Positions 22,120-35,859 of a stretch of 64,000 nucleotides of DNA are shown here, piece after piece; the stretch's first letter is position 1; every line of letters begins with the position of its first letter. The DNA comes from Minutocellus sp. GHC0000111 (lineage: Eukaryota). The notes beneath the pieces were generated by a model. The model was not told the origin of the DNA, did not search any database, and saw only the letters and a program-made list of their open reading frames with translations. Both the position numbers and the translations under genes were made by a program. The stretch lies in contig OZ361256.1 in NCBI GenBank assembly GCA_977018835.1, forward strand, positions 2,976,001-3,040,000, read 5' to 3'.

Positions 22120-23018
22120 GGTAGGGTATGGTGTGGCGTTGTGTGGTATGTTGCGGTAGTTTCCAGTATTATTTGGCGCTACATACAGTCAGTGCTGCAG
22201 AGGCAACATGGCTGATCATTCTTATCTTCCGCCTGCTGTTGCCGCCGGTGACAAAAAAGTAGGACATGAGGGCTTTTCGACGGACACAAATTCACGCTTT
22301 CTTTCTGATGCTATCCACCGTAAGCTGTTATCGAACGGGAATCATGACGTCAGATTTTCTCAGGGCACTATGCCGGCCACGTCATGTTCCTCGTCAGCCC
22401 CGCCATGGAACCCGCCACGCTACACGCCAATTTCGGACGCTTTCTTCCTGCTGCTGCTGCATGCTGCATGCTGCAGGCTGCAGGCTGCATGCTGCACATC
22501 GTCATCGGACCACCCATCCGATTCGATTCGATTGCTTCGCCGCTCTGTTCGCCGCCACCCGTCAAGACACCCTCCCGTTCCGTCTGACTCAGCTGCCCGG
22601 CCTGGGTCGACTTCGCTTCTTGTGACTCGACTTGACTTGTCTTCGCTGGAATACTGCTACTACGTAGCTAGCTAGCTCTAGAGTAGAAGTACAGCAAATA
22701 ACAATTCCCATTCCAGTGTGGAATTGAGTGCATCGGTTTGCGATACGTGTAGACTTTTTGGCGGTGCGTTGCCAAACACACAGCCCACCGTTCCTACGGA
22801 CCCATCTTATCTGGTGCCAATTGTCCTCTTCCCGCAGAGGGTTGTGCCGCGAACGGGTGGTTGTTTTTCTTGGGTGGGTTGCGGGTCGGCTTTTCGCTGG
22901 ACCTTGATCACAGACTGAAAAACAACAACCACAGCCAAGTCCCCACTGCACTCCGAAACCAAAACCAAAACCCAGAAAACGACAACCATCAACAATCCCC
23001 CAAAACCCAGCCCAGCCC

Positions 23019-26000
23019 ATGCCAACCTTTGTCGATCCCACCCCTGTCCCTTTGTCGTCCCCCTCCCCCTCCGCCAACCTCGCCCCAACCCTGATCCCCT
23101 CTTCCCTTTTAACCCCGCACGACGTTTTGTCGGGCCGGGGACCCCGCATCCAGAACCATCCCGGCAATCGGCTCTTTCGGACCATCGTCGCCTCCCGCCA
23201 GTACGACTATCTGAACGCCGCGCGACACAAGGACAAGCAGGTCATTGCCCAGGAGATTGTCGACTATGTGCGCGGGAGGGCCGGGATGGTCTACACGCTG
23301 GGCAATGGGGTGACCGGCGGCAATGGTAATGATGGAGGTGGTGGAGAGAAAAAGAAGGGCCGGGGGGAGGTGGTCGTCGCCGTGGAGGGAATGGGCTCCG
23401 GGAGACTCCATCCCCCCGGACGATTCTTGGAGCTCGTCGTCGAGCCGAAAAGGGCCGGCAAGGGCGGACGACAGTCCTCTACCGCTTCAACTGCCAAGGG
23501 CAAGAAGAAGGGCGGCGGCAACTCCTCGGACACCAACGCACAGGCAGCCGCTGACGCCCAAGCTGCCAACGACCACGCCGCAATCTTCCACGCCATCCGC
23601 ACGCAGGGGACGCGCAAGGGCCACACCGAGGCGATCGTCGCCCATCCCGACCTGTGGCGGCCGATGAGCGACGCCGCGGCGTGCGAAAAAGTCAAGCAGG
23701 CCTTTCGGAATTTGTCCAAGGGGCTCATCAGCGATCCCAAGGTGCAGAGTGCCTTCGTGGTGGGCAATGGGGGTGTTGTTGGTGTGAGTGGAGGTGGTGT
23801 TGGTGTGAGTGGAGGTGGTGTGAGTGGAGGTGGTCGGAGCGTGAGCAGCGGCGGAGGGAGCAAACGGAGTGCCGCCGGCAGCAATAGCGGCGGTGGTAGG
23901 GGACGGAGACGAAGTTCCAACGAGAGATGACCGGCGGCGGCGGCGGTGGTGGACGCGGAAATATTGGCAACGGATCTGCCGGCAGCAGCTATGGACGACG
24001 GGTGGTGGCCGGCCCGGCCGCCCGGCGCCAACAGCAATTGCATGCCCACCAATCCGGCACCGTCGATGCCGTGGGAGGTGGGTATCTCGCCGTTTCCACC
24101 GGCGATTACGGCGCGGCGGCCGTCGGGGCCATGGGCATCGCCGCTTCCGCGGCAGCTGCCTCAGGATCGAATGCTGGTGGTATATCTGGAATTGATGGTG
24201 GTACGTCCGCTGGTTCCGGTGCAAATCATCCAGGTGCAACCAGCGGTGCAGCAGCGTACGCGTCCTACCCGCCCGTGGCCCTCCAATCGCCGGGACTTTC
24301 GGCCATGCTGGCATCAACTGGCGATGACGATATCCACATGGCCGGGATCAACCTCGACGACTTTGACGCCAACTTTGGCAGCCTCGAGGATTTGGCCGAG
24401 AGCTTGGAGATGTTGGAAGGAGGAGGAGGAGGGGGGCAGGTGCAAGAGCAAGAGCAGCAGTCAGTTGTCGATGGTACTGGTGCCGTTGGTACTGCGGGCG
24501 ATGGTGCAACGAATAGTAATGGCGGCACCGGCACCAGCACCAGCTCTCGGAGGTCGTCCGGCTCCCCACTCGTTGCGGCTCTGGCCATGAGCGGTGCCGA
24601 CTTTGAGCCCAACCCGATCAATTACGCGCTGCCACTGCCGGCATCGTCCCCAGCATCGGCAACGGCAATGACATCGTCCTCGTCGGCGCCACCGTCAACC
24701 GCACCGTCCCCTTCTGCCATTGCCACATCCTCTCCAATGTCTCCTCCGTCGGGATCATCGTCGTGTCCGTCGTCGCCAAATCCCAAGGATACCATCCTCG
24801 GCACCCTGCGGCAGTGCCTGGAGATGACCCGACGGGTCAAGGCCTGCCATGCCTCCGGTCGGACCATGTGGCCTCAGGCGTCGTCATCAGCTCAAGGGAT
24901 GCCACAGATGCAACGGCACGACCTGGTCAAGCTTGGCGAGATTATGTACAAGACATTTGCGGGGGACGACCCGGTCCGACGGTCATCGTCATCTTCAGAG
25001 GATGTCACTGGGGAGCCGTCTGCGGCGGTTGGTAGCAACGGTGCCGGCCCATCCAAGCGCCGCTCGTTGGGAGCCCTCGATTCCGGCAAGGATGCATCCC
25101 CGGACGGCTCATACGTGCCCCTCCGCGACGTGGGCTTCCCGACGTCCTTGTGCATATGCGTTAGCAGCCTGCTCGATGCGGCGAACGAGCAATGTCCGGA
25201 CAGATATGTTGCCATCAATGAGGTCGAGGCCGACCTGGTTCTCATGACGGGTAAGCCGGATCGATATCTGTTTGATCCAAAACCAACGTCGTTGACTCCA
25301 GCGAGCGCACCGTCGGTGCCCATGTCTGCCGCATCAATCGTAAACGGCGCGATCGATAGCAGCCGGTTGTCCTTCCCAACCAACAAGTTGTATGGTCGCG
25401 ATCAGCAACTTGCCGAGCTCCTTCATATCTTTCAGCATGTGCTCGTGGAGGGTGGGCAGCGGGAATTCATCACCCTCACCGGCTATGCAGGAACCGGCAA
25501 GACGGCATTGGTTGAACAGCTGCGCAAACCATTGGCTTCGATGAGCGGGAACTTCATCTGCTGCAAATTCGACAAGCTCAAAAACACTCAGCCCATGCAG
25601 GTTATTTTCAATGCCTTTGATGCCTACTGCAAGGAAATTGCCGGTATCGGAGGCTGTTCGCGCAAAACTCCGGAAATTCCCGACATGCCCTGCTACTGCC
25701 ACGTTCGAGAAGCCGTCCAAAAGACCCTCGGAAGCAACATCAGCGTGCTGACCGATTTGATGCCCAATATGAGACATTTGGTGGATGACAAGGTGATGGC
25801 TTCCGGTTCAACAGATCTTCCCGGCGTCGAGGCTCTCAATCGTTTCATTTATTTCTTCCGCATGTTCATTAGAGCCATCGCATCGACCAAGACCCCGCTA
25901 GTACTATTTTTGGACGATCTTCAGTGGGCCGATGCTGCTGCGCTAGAGCTCATTTCTACCCTTGCATCCGATTCTGAGGTCAAGTCAATGCTGTTCGTGG

Positions 26001-28360
26001 CAACCTACCGTGAAGAGGACGTCGCTCAGGATCATCCTCTCTATTCCGAATTGGCGCGGTTGCGATTATCTGGTATCCGGATCAACTCACTTTCGTTGGA
26101 CAACATTGGAGGAGAAGATCTCAACGCCTACGTCTCGGATGTGCTCAATCTATCGCCCCGGATAACAAGACCTTTGGCAGAGGTGGTGCATGCCAAAACG
26201 ACAGGCAACATACTGTTCGTTGTGGAATTCTTGAGATCGCTCAGCGCCGAAGGATTGCTTCGCTATTCTGCTCGTAGCCGACGATGGGAATGGGACGCCG
26301 AAGCAATCCAAGCCCGATCTGTGGATGATAACGTTGTGGGCTTAATCATGAAGAAGATGCTCAATCTTGACAAGGATATGCAATGGATGCTCAAGGTAGC
26401 CGCATGTCTTGGCTCTCAGAGTAATGGCGAGACGCTCATTCAACTACTCCTTTCAGGCCAAAGAAGTATGACAATGGTCAGTGCAACGCTTGACGTGGCT
26501 GTCAAGGAGGGTCTGATGGCCAAGGTTGGTTTGGACTACAAGTTCCCGCACGATCAAATAGAGCAAGCAGCCTATTCTCTGATTCCCGTGGAGCAACGTC
26601 CAGCCTTGCACTTGAGTATCGGCCGTACTCTTTGGGGTTATCAGACTGCAGATCAACTCGGCGACCGCCTCGAGCTTGTTGTAAATCAGTTGAGTCGAGG
26701 AGCGGACTTGATTTCAGATCAGAATGAGCGAGTACGCTTTGCAGAGCTTTGCCTTGTTGCCGGTAGGAAGGCAAAGGCTGGTTCGGCCTTTTTACTTGCT
26801 TCAACCTACCTCCTCCAGGGCACTGTCCTCCTCAATGAAGACAGCTGGACACACAACTACAAACTTTGCTTGGAGTTACATTCGAGCTGCGCCGAAGCTC
26901 AGTTTGCCACTGGAAATCACACGGGAATATCGATATCGGTTAATCCGATCATGACGCACGGTCAGAACCTTCAGGATAAAATGCGGGCTTATTATACACT
27001 TTTGAGATCACTTGGAGCCAAGGGTCAGCAGTCGGATGCGGTGACGTGTGGCCTCGGGCTTCTTTCGGCTCTCGGTGAAAGTTTGCCAACCAATCCGCAG
27101 AAGCATGACGCCGACAGCGAGTTCCAGAAAACGGAGAACATGCTGAGAAATCTCAATGTCATCGATATTGCTTCGGGAAAAATGTTGGTGGATACACAAA
27201 AGGCATCGGCAATCAAGGCCCTCTTCCTACTCATTCGACACGCCCATATGGTGAATCAGATGCTTATGAGTATAATGATTTGTCGCATGGTTCAGCTCTC
27301 CATTCTTTTTGGAGTATCTAAGGAGTCGTCGTTTGCATTTGCTGCGTATGGGACACTTTGCAGCAAATACGTTGGTATCGATGATGCCTGTTTGTATGGC
27401 AAGGTCGCTCTAAGCATCGTCGAACGATTCAATGCCAAGGACGTTCTTGCCCGGGTTACGTGCGTTCTCAACGATTTCCTGATATTTAAGGAACCACTGC
27501 AGTCTCGACTGCCATCGTTGAAGAATGCATACGAAATCGGTCTACAGATGGGAGATATCGAGTGGGCGTTGACAGATTTGACAGATGCCAATATTTATAT
27601 TTTAACGGCGATTCAAAGTGGGCGGAACTTGTCGGTACTGTCTTCTGAGATCCAGTCCTTTATGCAGCAGATGAAAGTTTACAAGCATCATACTCTAATC
27701 GTGGCATCTCTCTACAATCGCTTCGTTACCAACTTGATTGAGGACACCGGTGATCCGACCGACCTCGCTCTCAACAGCGACGAATTTGTGGGAATGTCCC
27801 AAGAAGTCAAGCGCATTAGCATTGTCAATCGGGGGTACTTTCTTCGTCTTTGGCTGGCATATCTATTTGGGAATTATCAGTTGGCCGCTGATATGGCAGA
27901 GCGCCGCTGGGAAATGAACAAATCGAGACCATTCCGAAGCTCTTCGCTTGCTAACGAGACATTTTACACTGGTCTTGCCGCTGTCATGATGGCGAGGAAG
28001 GGTGGTGCTGTCGAAATGAAGTGGAAAGGCGTGGCCCTTGCGGGGAGAGACGAGCTGAAGAAGTGGATGAGTCACTCCGATTGGAACTTTGCCCATAAGT
28101 ATCTCCTTCTTTCTGCAGAGATTGAGTTTTACCTCAACAGCAATGCAGAGGAGGCCTCCAAGCTATATGATCAAGCAATCGAAAGTGCAAAGAAACATAG
28201 CTTTCAGAGTGAATTGGCCCTGGCATGTGAACGAACAGCTATGTTGTATGAATCTAATCTGAATCAGGCCAAGGCGCTGGAATACTACCGCCTTGCGCAC
28301 CAGGCTTATGTCGACTGGGGTGGTGCCACGAAGGCAAGACATGTGAAGTCATTGACCTAA
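23019..28360 (+). CDS. DUF6824-domain plus STAND/AAA_16 ATPase with TPR-like helical C-terminus (COG3899-like); split at the ATGA overlap 23927-23930
   Basis: DUF6824 motifs DVLSGRG...HPGN...GRFL...EKVKQAFR; Walker A GYAGTGKT, Walker B LFLDDLQWAD, GNILFV, FPHDQIEQAAY. Confidence 0.8.
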
Positions 28361-28431
28361 ATTGATTCTAGCTACGTAGTAGATTTAGGGCAGAGATTAA
28401 TTAAACTCGAAGTGTAGCTAGATTATTTGAC

Positions 28432-29325
28432 TCACAAAACACAATCATTTAAGTGGTTTGGGCTGATTGGGAAGAAGGACGTTGCCGCTGCCCTGGAGAT
28501 TGTGCAAAAGGAGGAGGGGAGAACCGACTCGTCTTCCAGAATAAAATAATGCGAACCACAAAACAAAAAGTGATTCATCGTTGGCAATATTACCCGTAGC
28601 GTGAGTCGCAAAAACACGTTGCCAAGATCAATCCCCTCCATGACGCTGCCCATGTCGCTCATACCCATTCCCAGGTACCCATGTATCAACAGCGGGCTTA
28701 GGAACACCCCCACGGCATTCCCCAGCACACTGTTCAGCACCGCCGATGCCTCACATCCGTTTGCCGCCTTTGTTAGCACGACGGCCATGATGACGGTCAT
28801 CGGCAACGAAAAGCAAATGGTTATGCCATCTGCGAGCACTTGCGACAGCGCACCGACGGCTATTAGTAGTCGTGTTATCCCGTAGGCTATGGACGACGGC
28901 ACGAAAAAGTTGAACAATTGTACGAATGCATTGAATTTGTACTGATGAACTGCATATTGCAAGTCGGCCGTGGGCAGTGTAAGACCAGTGAGGAGGAAGA
29001 TGAGGATGACACATATCCACCCTGCCGTTATTGCCGGTGCGAGGTAGACGGCACCGAGGGGAGGATACGCATACGCCAAGAGTATGACGAGGAGAATGAG
29101 CAGCACGAACGAATTCTTTTTCAGGAATGCCGCGAGGTACTTTCGTATTCTCTGCGATAAAGATGGGGCTGGAGCTTGGGATGTGGATATTGTTGTTGTG
29201 CCCGACGCTTTGGCGTTTGCTGGTGGGTTTTCCTCATATGTGTCCTCCGAACTGCATCCGGATGATAACTCCTGTCTCATCGCAGGGCCATCGATCCTTT
29301 CGTCTGCATGCTCGTCGTCTCCCAT
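28432..29325 (-). pseudogene. Truncated SLC10A7-like transporter, copy 2 (chimeric 3' end at the junction)
   Basis: Identical to 5316-6275 but ends NDCVL* taken from across the junction. Confidence 0.75.
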
Positions 29326-29715
29326 TGCTGCAAATTAAATTGTTGTCATGGGTCCCATTGCTCGTTCAGCAGTCCTGGTCAGCCAGCGCACGCGTTTTTG
29401 TACCGTACTCCTTCATGGTACTCCTTCATGAGGGTACTTTTCTTTCAAACAAGTTTTGCATTGATCAAGGGAGTGTATTTGCCGTCTGTACGTCTGTCCC
29501 TTCGGACTTTTTCGACTGTCAAGAAATGTCAGGATGTTGAACCAAAGGATTGCTCGCAGCTCGCAGTCATAAAGCAAGCAGGAGCAACTGATGACTGATT
29601 GATTCAATTGAGCCGAGCAAGTGCTGATTTGTTGCGGTTTAAGAAAGCTTTGGCGCATTAAAGATATCTCTGACCAAGCCACTTCACACCAAACTCAAAA
29701 GGCAACAAAGAAACG

Positions 29716-31265
29716 ATGTACTTCTCTAATTTGCCTACTCTAATTTGCCTACTTTCCATGCTGGGCACCTGCCATGCTGGGCCCTTCCTCAAAACTGCTC
29801 AAGATTCCCTCGATCTCCTCGCCGAGTATAATTGCGATGCTAACGCCACGACGATACTTCGATACCGACAATACACTCCCTGGGGACCAGCGGTCGATGG
29901 ATCTCAACGTCCTGGCTACTCCATTGATCCAGCCGATCGTGACAACTATGGTGCCATCAATTTCTTCATCCGCAATGTTCTAGAAGGCACTGCCAAGCTG
30001 GGTTCGGACAAGTGTGTGCTGTTCGAGCCCGTACCAATTGACTTTCCCTGCATCGGCACTGCCGTCGGAACGCGTTCAGCGGAAGAATGCGATGGTATCC
30101 CCGCCAGCTTCCACACCATGGGACCCTCGGATACGTCTCGACGATACGGTGCACTGCTGGTCATCGGTGGATTGTTTGGCATGGACTTTGGTGATCACAT
30201 TGACTGGCTCTACAATGTCCTGCCGACGGTCCAATCCATTATTGATAAGCGAGAGGAGAACACGGTGGTCATTCCAGCAGTAGGCGGGCTGGTACAGTCG
30301 TCTGGTATGTTTCGTCAGAACTTGTATCAGTACGAATCTTATGCCGACAATCTGGAGGATTCCAGGCCAGTAATATGAGAGCTGCCTGCCGCGCCATTTT
30401 AGGGTCGAATGTTTACAATCCCGACACTTGCGAGGAAGATGGCTTCCTCTGTCCGGCCAATGGTGTGTCTGGAGTGCCACCACTTGAGGATATCGCGACG
30501 GGAGACATCGATGGATTCGAATATGCTGGAGCAACGGACAATCTCGATGTATTCTTCGAGAACAACGATGTTGGACCCAATCCTGGCCAGCTTGGTATGA
30601 CTTTCTATCACTACCCAGCGTGGCATCAACCCTTTTACATCGGCGGCATGTACGTCAATGGAGATGTATGGAATAGGCTCAGCGAAGACGTACGGGCCGT
30701 GGTTGTGGATGCGTCGAGGCCATCGGTCGAGCAGTCGCGCGAGGCATCCACCTCTGTCGAATGCGATTCTCTCAAAAGCATTTTGGAGTTCAATTCAGAC
30801 GAGGAACTAGCCATGGCTCCTACCAATAGGGCAGCGGAAGGAATGTACTTGCTGTGTGATCCCAATAGTGGAACCTTCACAGGGATGTATACCGATGATT
30901 CGTCAGAGGCATGCAGTGCCAAGATGTCGCTTGGGTGTTGGAGAGAAAGCGCCTTGCAGGAGCTGCGCGAAGTGACTGATTCTCGATTGAGAGCTTTCAA
31001 TGGCACTGCATTTGATTCTGTATGCCAGGGAGATGAGGACTGCATTAACATTGTAGAGTCGTTGCTGGACTACCAGGAATCCATTGGGTTCGAATGGACA
31101 GCGCCAACCTTCCCTGCTAATTGTGTTGAGATTGATTTTGAGTGTGATGATGGAGAAGGCAATGGTGATGCAAATGCAGATACTTCATCTGCGAACCAAC
31201 AGAGTATTTTATCGTGCTCTATGATTGCAGTTGTCATTTCAATAGTCGTAGTGTGGGTGCAGTAA
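29716..31265 (+). pseudogene. DctP/TakP-like anchored solute-binding protein, copy 2 (same frameshift)
   Basis: Duplicate of 6666-8215. Confidence 0.65.
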
Positions 31266-31481
31266 AGTCTTATCTAGAGCAGAGAATTTTATTCATAATG
31301 CGTATTTATTCGATCCATATCCCCGTGGGTCGACGACTTACTGGAGCAATAGCGAGTACAAACGGAAGCAGCTCTACCACGGCTACTACCCACAACCTTT
31401 TGGTTGTTACTTATTTATATCAATGTTATATGCCAGTGGTATTGCGCAAGTGATTCACCGTGGCACTATGAAACTCGAACC

Positions 31482-33229
31482 TTCGTGGAGGTCGACGCCA
31501 AAAAAAAAGACAGAAATGGCCAGATTTTCACACCGGTTCACCAATAGTGCTTTCCATACGGGGGGCAGAGACCGCCCGCGAGTATTAGTGCCAATTTGAT
31601 ATACTAAGTAACACTGTCTGGCAACTTGGCCGTGCCTTTGCTTTGAAATCTTTCCGTTCAGTACCTCACTCTTGGTTTGGCGGTGGCGACCTGCTGTTTC
31701 TGGCTCATGGTAGTATCAATTAATTGTGATTCAATGTAAAAGGCCGTCGTAGCTATTTTACCACGGCTACTGACCAGAAGTTGATCTTACATAGATGCAG
31801 ACAAGACGAGATGGCAGTGCACTTGAGTTTGTGGCTATTGCTTATGACATCATCTGTCTCCATCCCTCATGAGGTCGACAGCCCCAGCAAGAATGCCAAA
31901 AATATCGATTTTAACAGCTCTCCGGCACCAGTACTTTTATCACACCGCCACCAACGATGTTTCGCGAGGTAATACAATGGGCTGGTAAAGCATAGAAAGC
32001 ACTTTGATATCTTTTTCATGTAGTTGCTGTGGTTTCTTGGCGCGAAGAAGCAACCTCATTTGTCTACTGACCGCCTGAGAATCCAGCGCCCCCCAGCGAA
32101 AGACGAATGCTACTCCAAACGGATGAATCTTGGCCAAAACCCTGCGAAACTTCCAATTATTGAACATCTTTGTAGATCCTCTGAGCGATGGTTACAAAGG
32201 TTTTGAGCAAACGTGCAGTAATCTGACCAAACTACCCCAATTTCTTCATTTTTTTACTCTGGACCGCTCTGAAGGCAGAGATTTTGGGCCTACTGGGCAC
32301 CCCTCGTGCGCCACTAATATAGCAACTGATTATAAATAGTATTGATCGCCTTTTGCTGCCCTCCAGCGATGCTCGTGGTAATTTTTCATCATTTGGTAGC
32401 AGCACTAGTATCTATTGAGAGAGAGTGAAATTATGCCACTGACCCCCACGAAGAATCCCCACATAGCCATCAAATCATCAAGATTTCCAGCAAGCGTGCG
32501 AAACTGTTCACCAAAAGGCCGTCCCATATCATAATAAGAGAGAGAGAGATAATAAGCCACAGCACCTATGGTCGACCGTTGGTAACAACCCGTTCCCGAA
32601 ACAGCTCAGAAATTTCTCCGCAAAAGGTCGAGAAACGAAAAACGAGTGATTTCTGAGGCTATTGTGATGCCAATGCTTGCCACACCGCCACCGAGTTCAC
32701 ATCGCAAGCCTTTTACCTGATTAATGGTATCATTCTCCGCCTAGTCATGTGGTCGAGCTGCATTGATTGTGAATCTTTGCCGTGTAGTAGCAGCATGGAG
32801 TTCCTCGTGAATCCATGCTGGAGTGTCACCGACCCTCCCGAAGGATTCTTATCTAGCCCCCAAACCAACATCACTTGCACGAAACCCGCGACACTTTGCA
32901 TAAATTAGCTATCCTATACTATCTCAAAGCGATGATGATAATCTACAGCTGCAACCTGGCCACAAAACATCCTTACTATCACCATTTCGCTCAAAAAATA
33001 CTTCTCGAGCAGCAAAATAGAAAACCCTGACAATTTTCATGTCATTCTATCTCGAATTCCCGTCCTTTACAGTACTACGAAAATTTCATGAGCATACATG
33101 TCGCTCAGGTATACTAAGGAGCGCTGTTTTATGCCCTTCCCGTGCAGTAGTTGTGATTCCTTGTCGTTCAGTATCAATATTGGAATTTGGAATCAGCAGC
33201 CCGCGAAATCTGGCGTCGACCTCCACGAA
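31482..33229. mobile_element. Putative inverted-repeat transposon relic, copy 2
   Basis: Duplicate of 8432-10179. Confidence 0.45.
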
Positions 33230-34479
33230 ACATGATATACACATCAAATCACCAACAATTGCAGCAAACCCGCGAAGCTTTCATTAATGAGCTACCTCAT
33301 ATCATGTCGGAGTGGAGATAGTGTACTGATGTGGTGGCTGGACGCAAATTTGTCCAAACTGTCGTCATGTTGGTAATTTGGACCTTCCAGAAGGAGAAAA
33401 CTTGCCCTCCCAAAATCAACAAATTGACATAGTTTGGCCGAACAATCGACCCAACTGCTAGAAGAAAACTACCGGGCATCAGCGTTGGTTCATACTGTCC
33501 GAGTTGAAGCCTCGCTATCGTCGATTTGGCCTTGATGGGCATACCTATTGAGAAAATGATGTTGCGGTGGAGAAGTTGAGGAGAATTTGAAAGTTAAGGT
33601 TTTACCTGTCATTGTGTGAGAATACAATGGGTTCCACTCACAAACTCAAAAATCAACACTAACACCTCCACTCTTTAGTACATACCTTGGCAGGATTGAA
33701 CGAGAATCTGCGTCTCTCTGTCCAACATCAAGAACTATTGCACATAATCTGATGTTGGCGCCTGTCACAACACCGGAAAATTTACGGCAGATGCACAGAG
33801 CCCCCGCAAAATGGCCTGCTTACTGACACCCAACCCGCGGTAGAAACACATCGTTCGCTCCAGTATTATCATGGTAGCGAAATATCAAAAGTTGCATAGG
33901 TACTTCCAGCGGAGTTTTTCGAGCAATAGGGCCACATTGACGTTGAGGACCGGTTTTGCTTCGAAATCTGATATTTGAATTTTGGGAGCATGAGCTTGTG
34001 ACTGTTGCACAAGAGAACTCAATAACACTGCCACGCCGTTGCTCAAGAATACTACTAGAGCGATCTTTCACGTCGTCAAATGTGGGTAAACTCGAATATA
34101 CTCGCGTTGTCGTTACTTTTCTGTACAATTGTAGCCGTTGTGGAGGTCGAGGTCGGCAGGTGAAAAGTGCAAAAAGTCGATTTTCGTCAGTTTCAGGAAT
34201 GAGAGGCTCAGAATGAAAGCTCATTAATCAAGCTGCATATGGGGAGAAAAGGTACTGAGGTGGGCATGGTAGTTGCATATCATCTTGGTGGTCTTGTGGG
34301 CGTCGAGGTTGATCTCATGCGTTGGGTTTGGAAAAGTGGGCAGTTGGGTGAGATCTGTCTTTCCGTCATCGGGCATGGGGACGAACAATTTTTTTCAGTG
34401 CTGCCCCCGCCCCGACTTTCAAAAGCCCCGACTTGGTGGGCATACCACGCCCAACCCCTGGAAGAGGACGCTTTTTACA

Positions 34480-35619
34480 ATGCCCCGCTCTCATCAACTC
34501 ATCGCTCTGTTTGCGCTCGATGTGCTGGTCGGATCGTCTTCCTTCCAGCATGGAACATTTGGGCTACAAGCGACGAACCGCAATCCCGGTGTAGGCAGGT
34601 CCGCTGATACGCTGGGCAGCTGCTGCCATGGCACCACCACATCCCTCTGCGCAAAGAAAAAGAAGAAGTCCACAAAGAGCAAATTGGGCGAAAGCAAAGG
34701 TGGGATGGGATTCGGCGCCTCTTCTGCCAGCAACAAATCAAACTCGGTCTCCTCGGCAAGCAAAACCGGTGGAGTAATAGCAGCCAGCAAAACTTCCCTG
34801 GAATCGCAACGGGAGTCTTACATCCTCATCACCATGATGGAGATGGATCCGTTGGAAGACACGAACGACTCCAAGTATCGATACTTTGAGTTGGCCGATG
34901 TATTTGTCCAAGGGGAGGGAACGGGTTGGTACCGTATTGGTAAAATTGTTGCCGCCGACCATGTGCGGCTGACAACCTCGCTGACGTTGCAGCATGATTT
35001 GATACTTTGGACGGCGGAGCGAATGTGCAAGGAGCTCAAGGCTGTCAAAGATACCTTGGAGGTGGGCTATATATCTTCAAGCAAGAACTATCAGGCCTTC
35101 GAGACCGATGGTCCAGTTGACGAGGAGGATGCAGCAAAAATTGTCAAGGCAGATATTATCGACGAAGCAACCGTCGAAGCAAACAAAAAGAAAATCAAGT
35201 CAAAGATTGGCTTTCGGCCGGACTTTCCTCCCCTTGGATTCACATTTAGTAATGATGTCACCAGCTTTGACCAAAAGGAGAACATGGGAGGGACAACTGA
35301 TACGGAACTGCTGTCCAAAATGTTTGGTGGTGCGGAGAGTGCAGCAGGTGTAGTGCCACCTGGCGCCAAAGTATTAGCATCCAATGTGCCCGAAGGGATA
35401 TCCTCCGTCAAGGAGAGCGACTCGGCACCTCCAGAAGGGGCTCTGGTTATGGCTGGCGAGCTAGAGGAGGCCATGGACTCCGGTAACTTTGACAAGTTTT
35501 TGGAAATCATGCGAGAAAATGAGCCCGATCTCGAAGAAGAGGAAGCAAGAAAGACCTTTGATTTGCCCTGCGGGCTGAAGAGCGCAGTGAATGAAGATGA
35601 AGACGAAGATGTTGAGTAG
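34480..35619 (+). CDS. Putative plastid hypothetical protein, copy 2
   Basis: Duplicate of 11430-12569. Confidence 0.6.
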   Translation: MPRSHQLIALFALDVLVGSSSFQHGTFGLQATNRNPGVGRSADTLGSCCHGTTTSLCAKKKKKSTKSKLGESKGGMGFGASSASNKSNSVSSASKTGGVIAASKTSLESQRESYILITMMEMDPLEDTNDSKYRYFELADVFVQGEGTGWYRIGKIVAADHVRLTTSLTLQHDLILWTAERMCKELKAVKDTLEVGYISSSKNYQAFETDGPVDEEDAAKIVKADIIDEATVEANKKKIKSKIGFRPDFPPLGFTFSNDVTSFDQKENMGGTTDTELLSKMFGGAESAAGVVPPGAKVLASNVPEGISSVKESDSAPPEGALVMAGELEEAMDSGNFDKFLEIMRENEPDLEEEEARKTFDLPCGLKSAVNEDEDEDVE

Positions 35620-35859
35620 TGTAAATGCAGTAGACCTAGACTACGTACGTAGATCTAGTTGATACCGTTATTCTTGCTCTTTCGCTCGCGCTCGGCTCTG
35701 TTCTTCGCCGTCGTTTCTGACTTTTGCCGGAAAAGATTGGGGGTCTCTTAAAAACACATTCGGGTTTTCTATTTTTTGCGGTCTTTCCGCCGTCCAACAT
35801 GCGTCACTTCCAGCGCGTTCACCTAGTCACCCTCCTTCGGCATTACCGATACCTCAACC

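Larger units (their letters stand above)
5400..28449. repeat. 23,050-bp tandem segmental duplication, copy 1
   Basis: All ORFs recur at +23050; the sequence from 5400 (TAAGTGGTTTG) recurs at 28450. Confidence 0.97.

Noticed and set aside
6666..28360. Bacterial contamination or operon (ATGA overlaps, bacterial-like proteins)
   Set aside because: Interspersed with intron-containing, plastid-targeted diatom genes, and the bacterial-like proteins carry eukaryotic targeting signals
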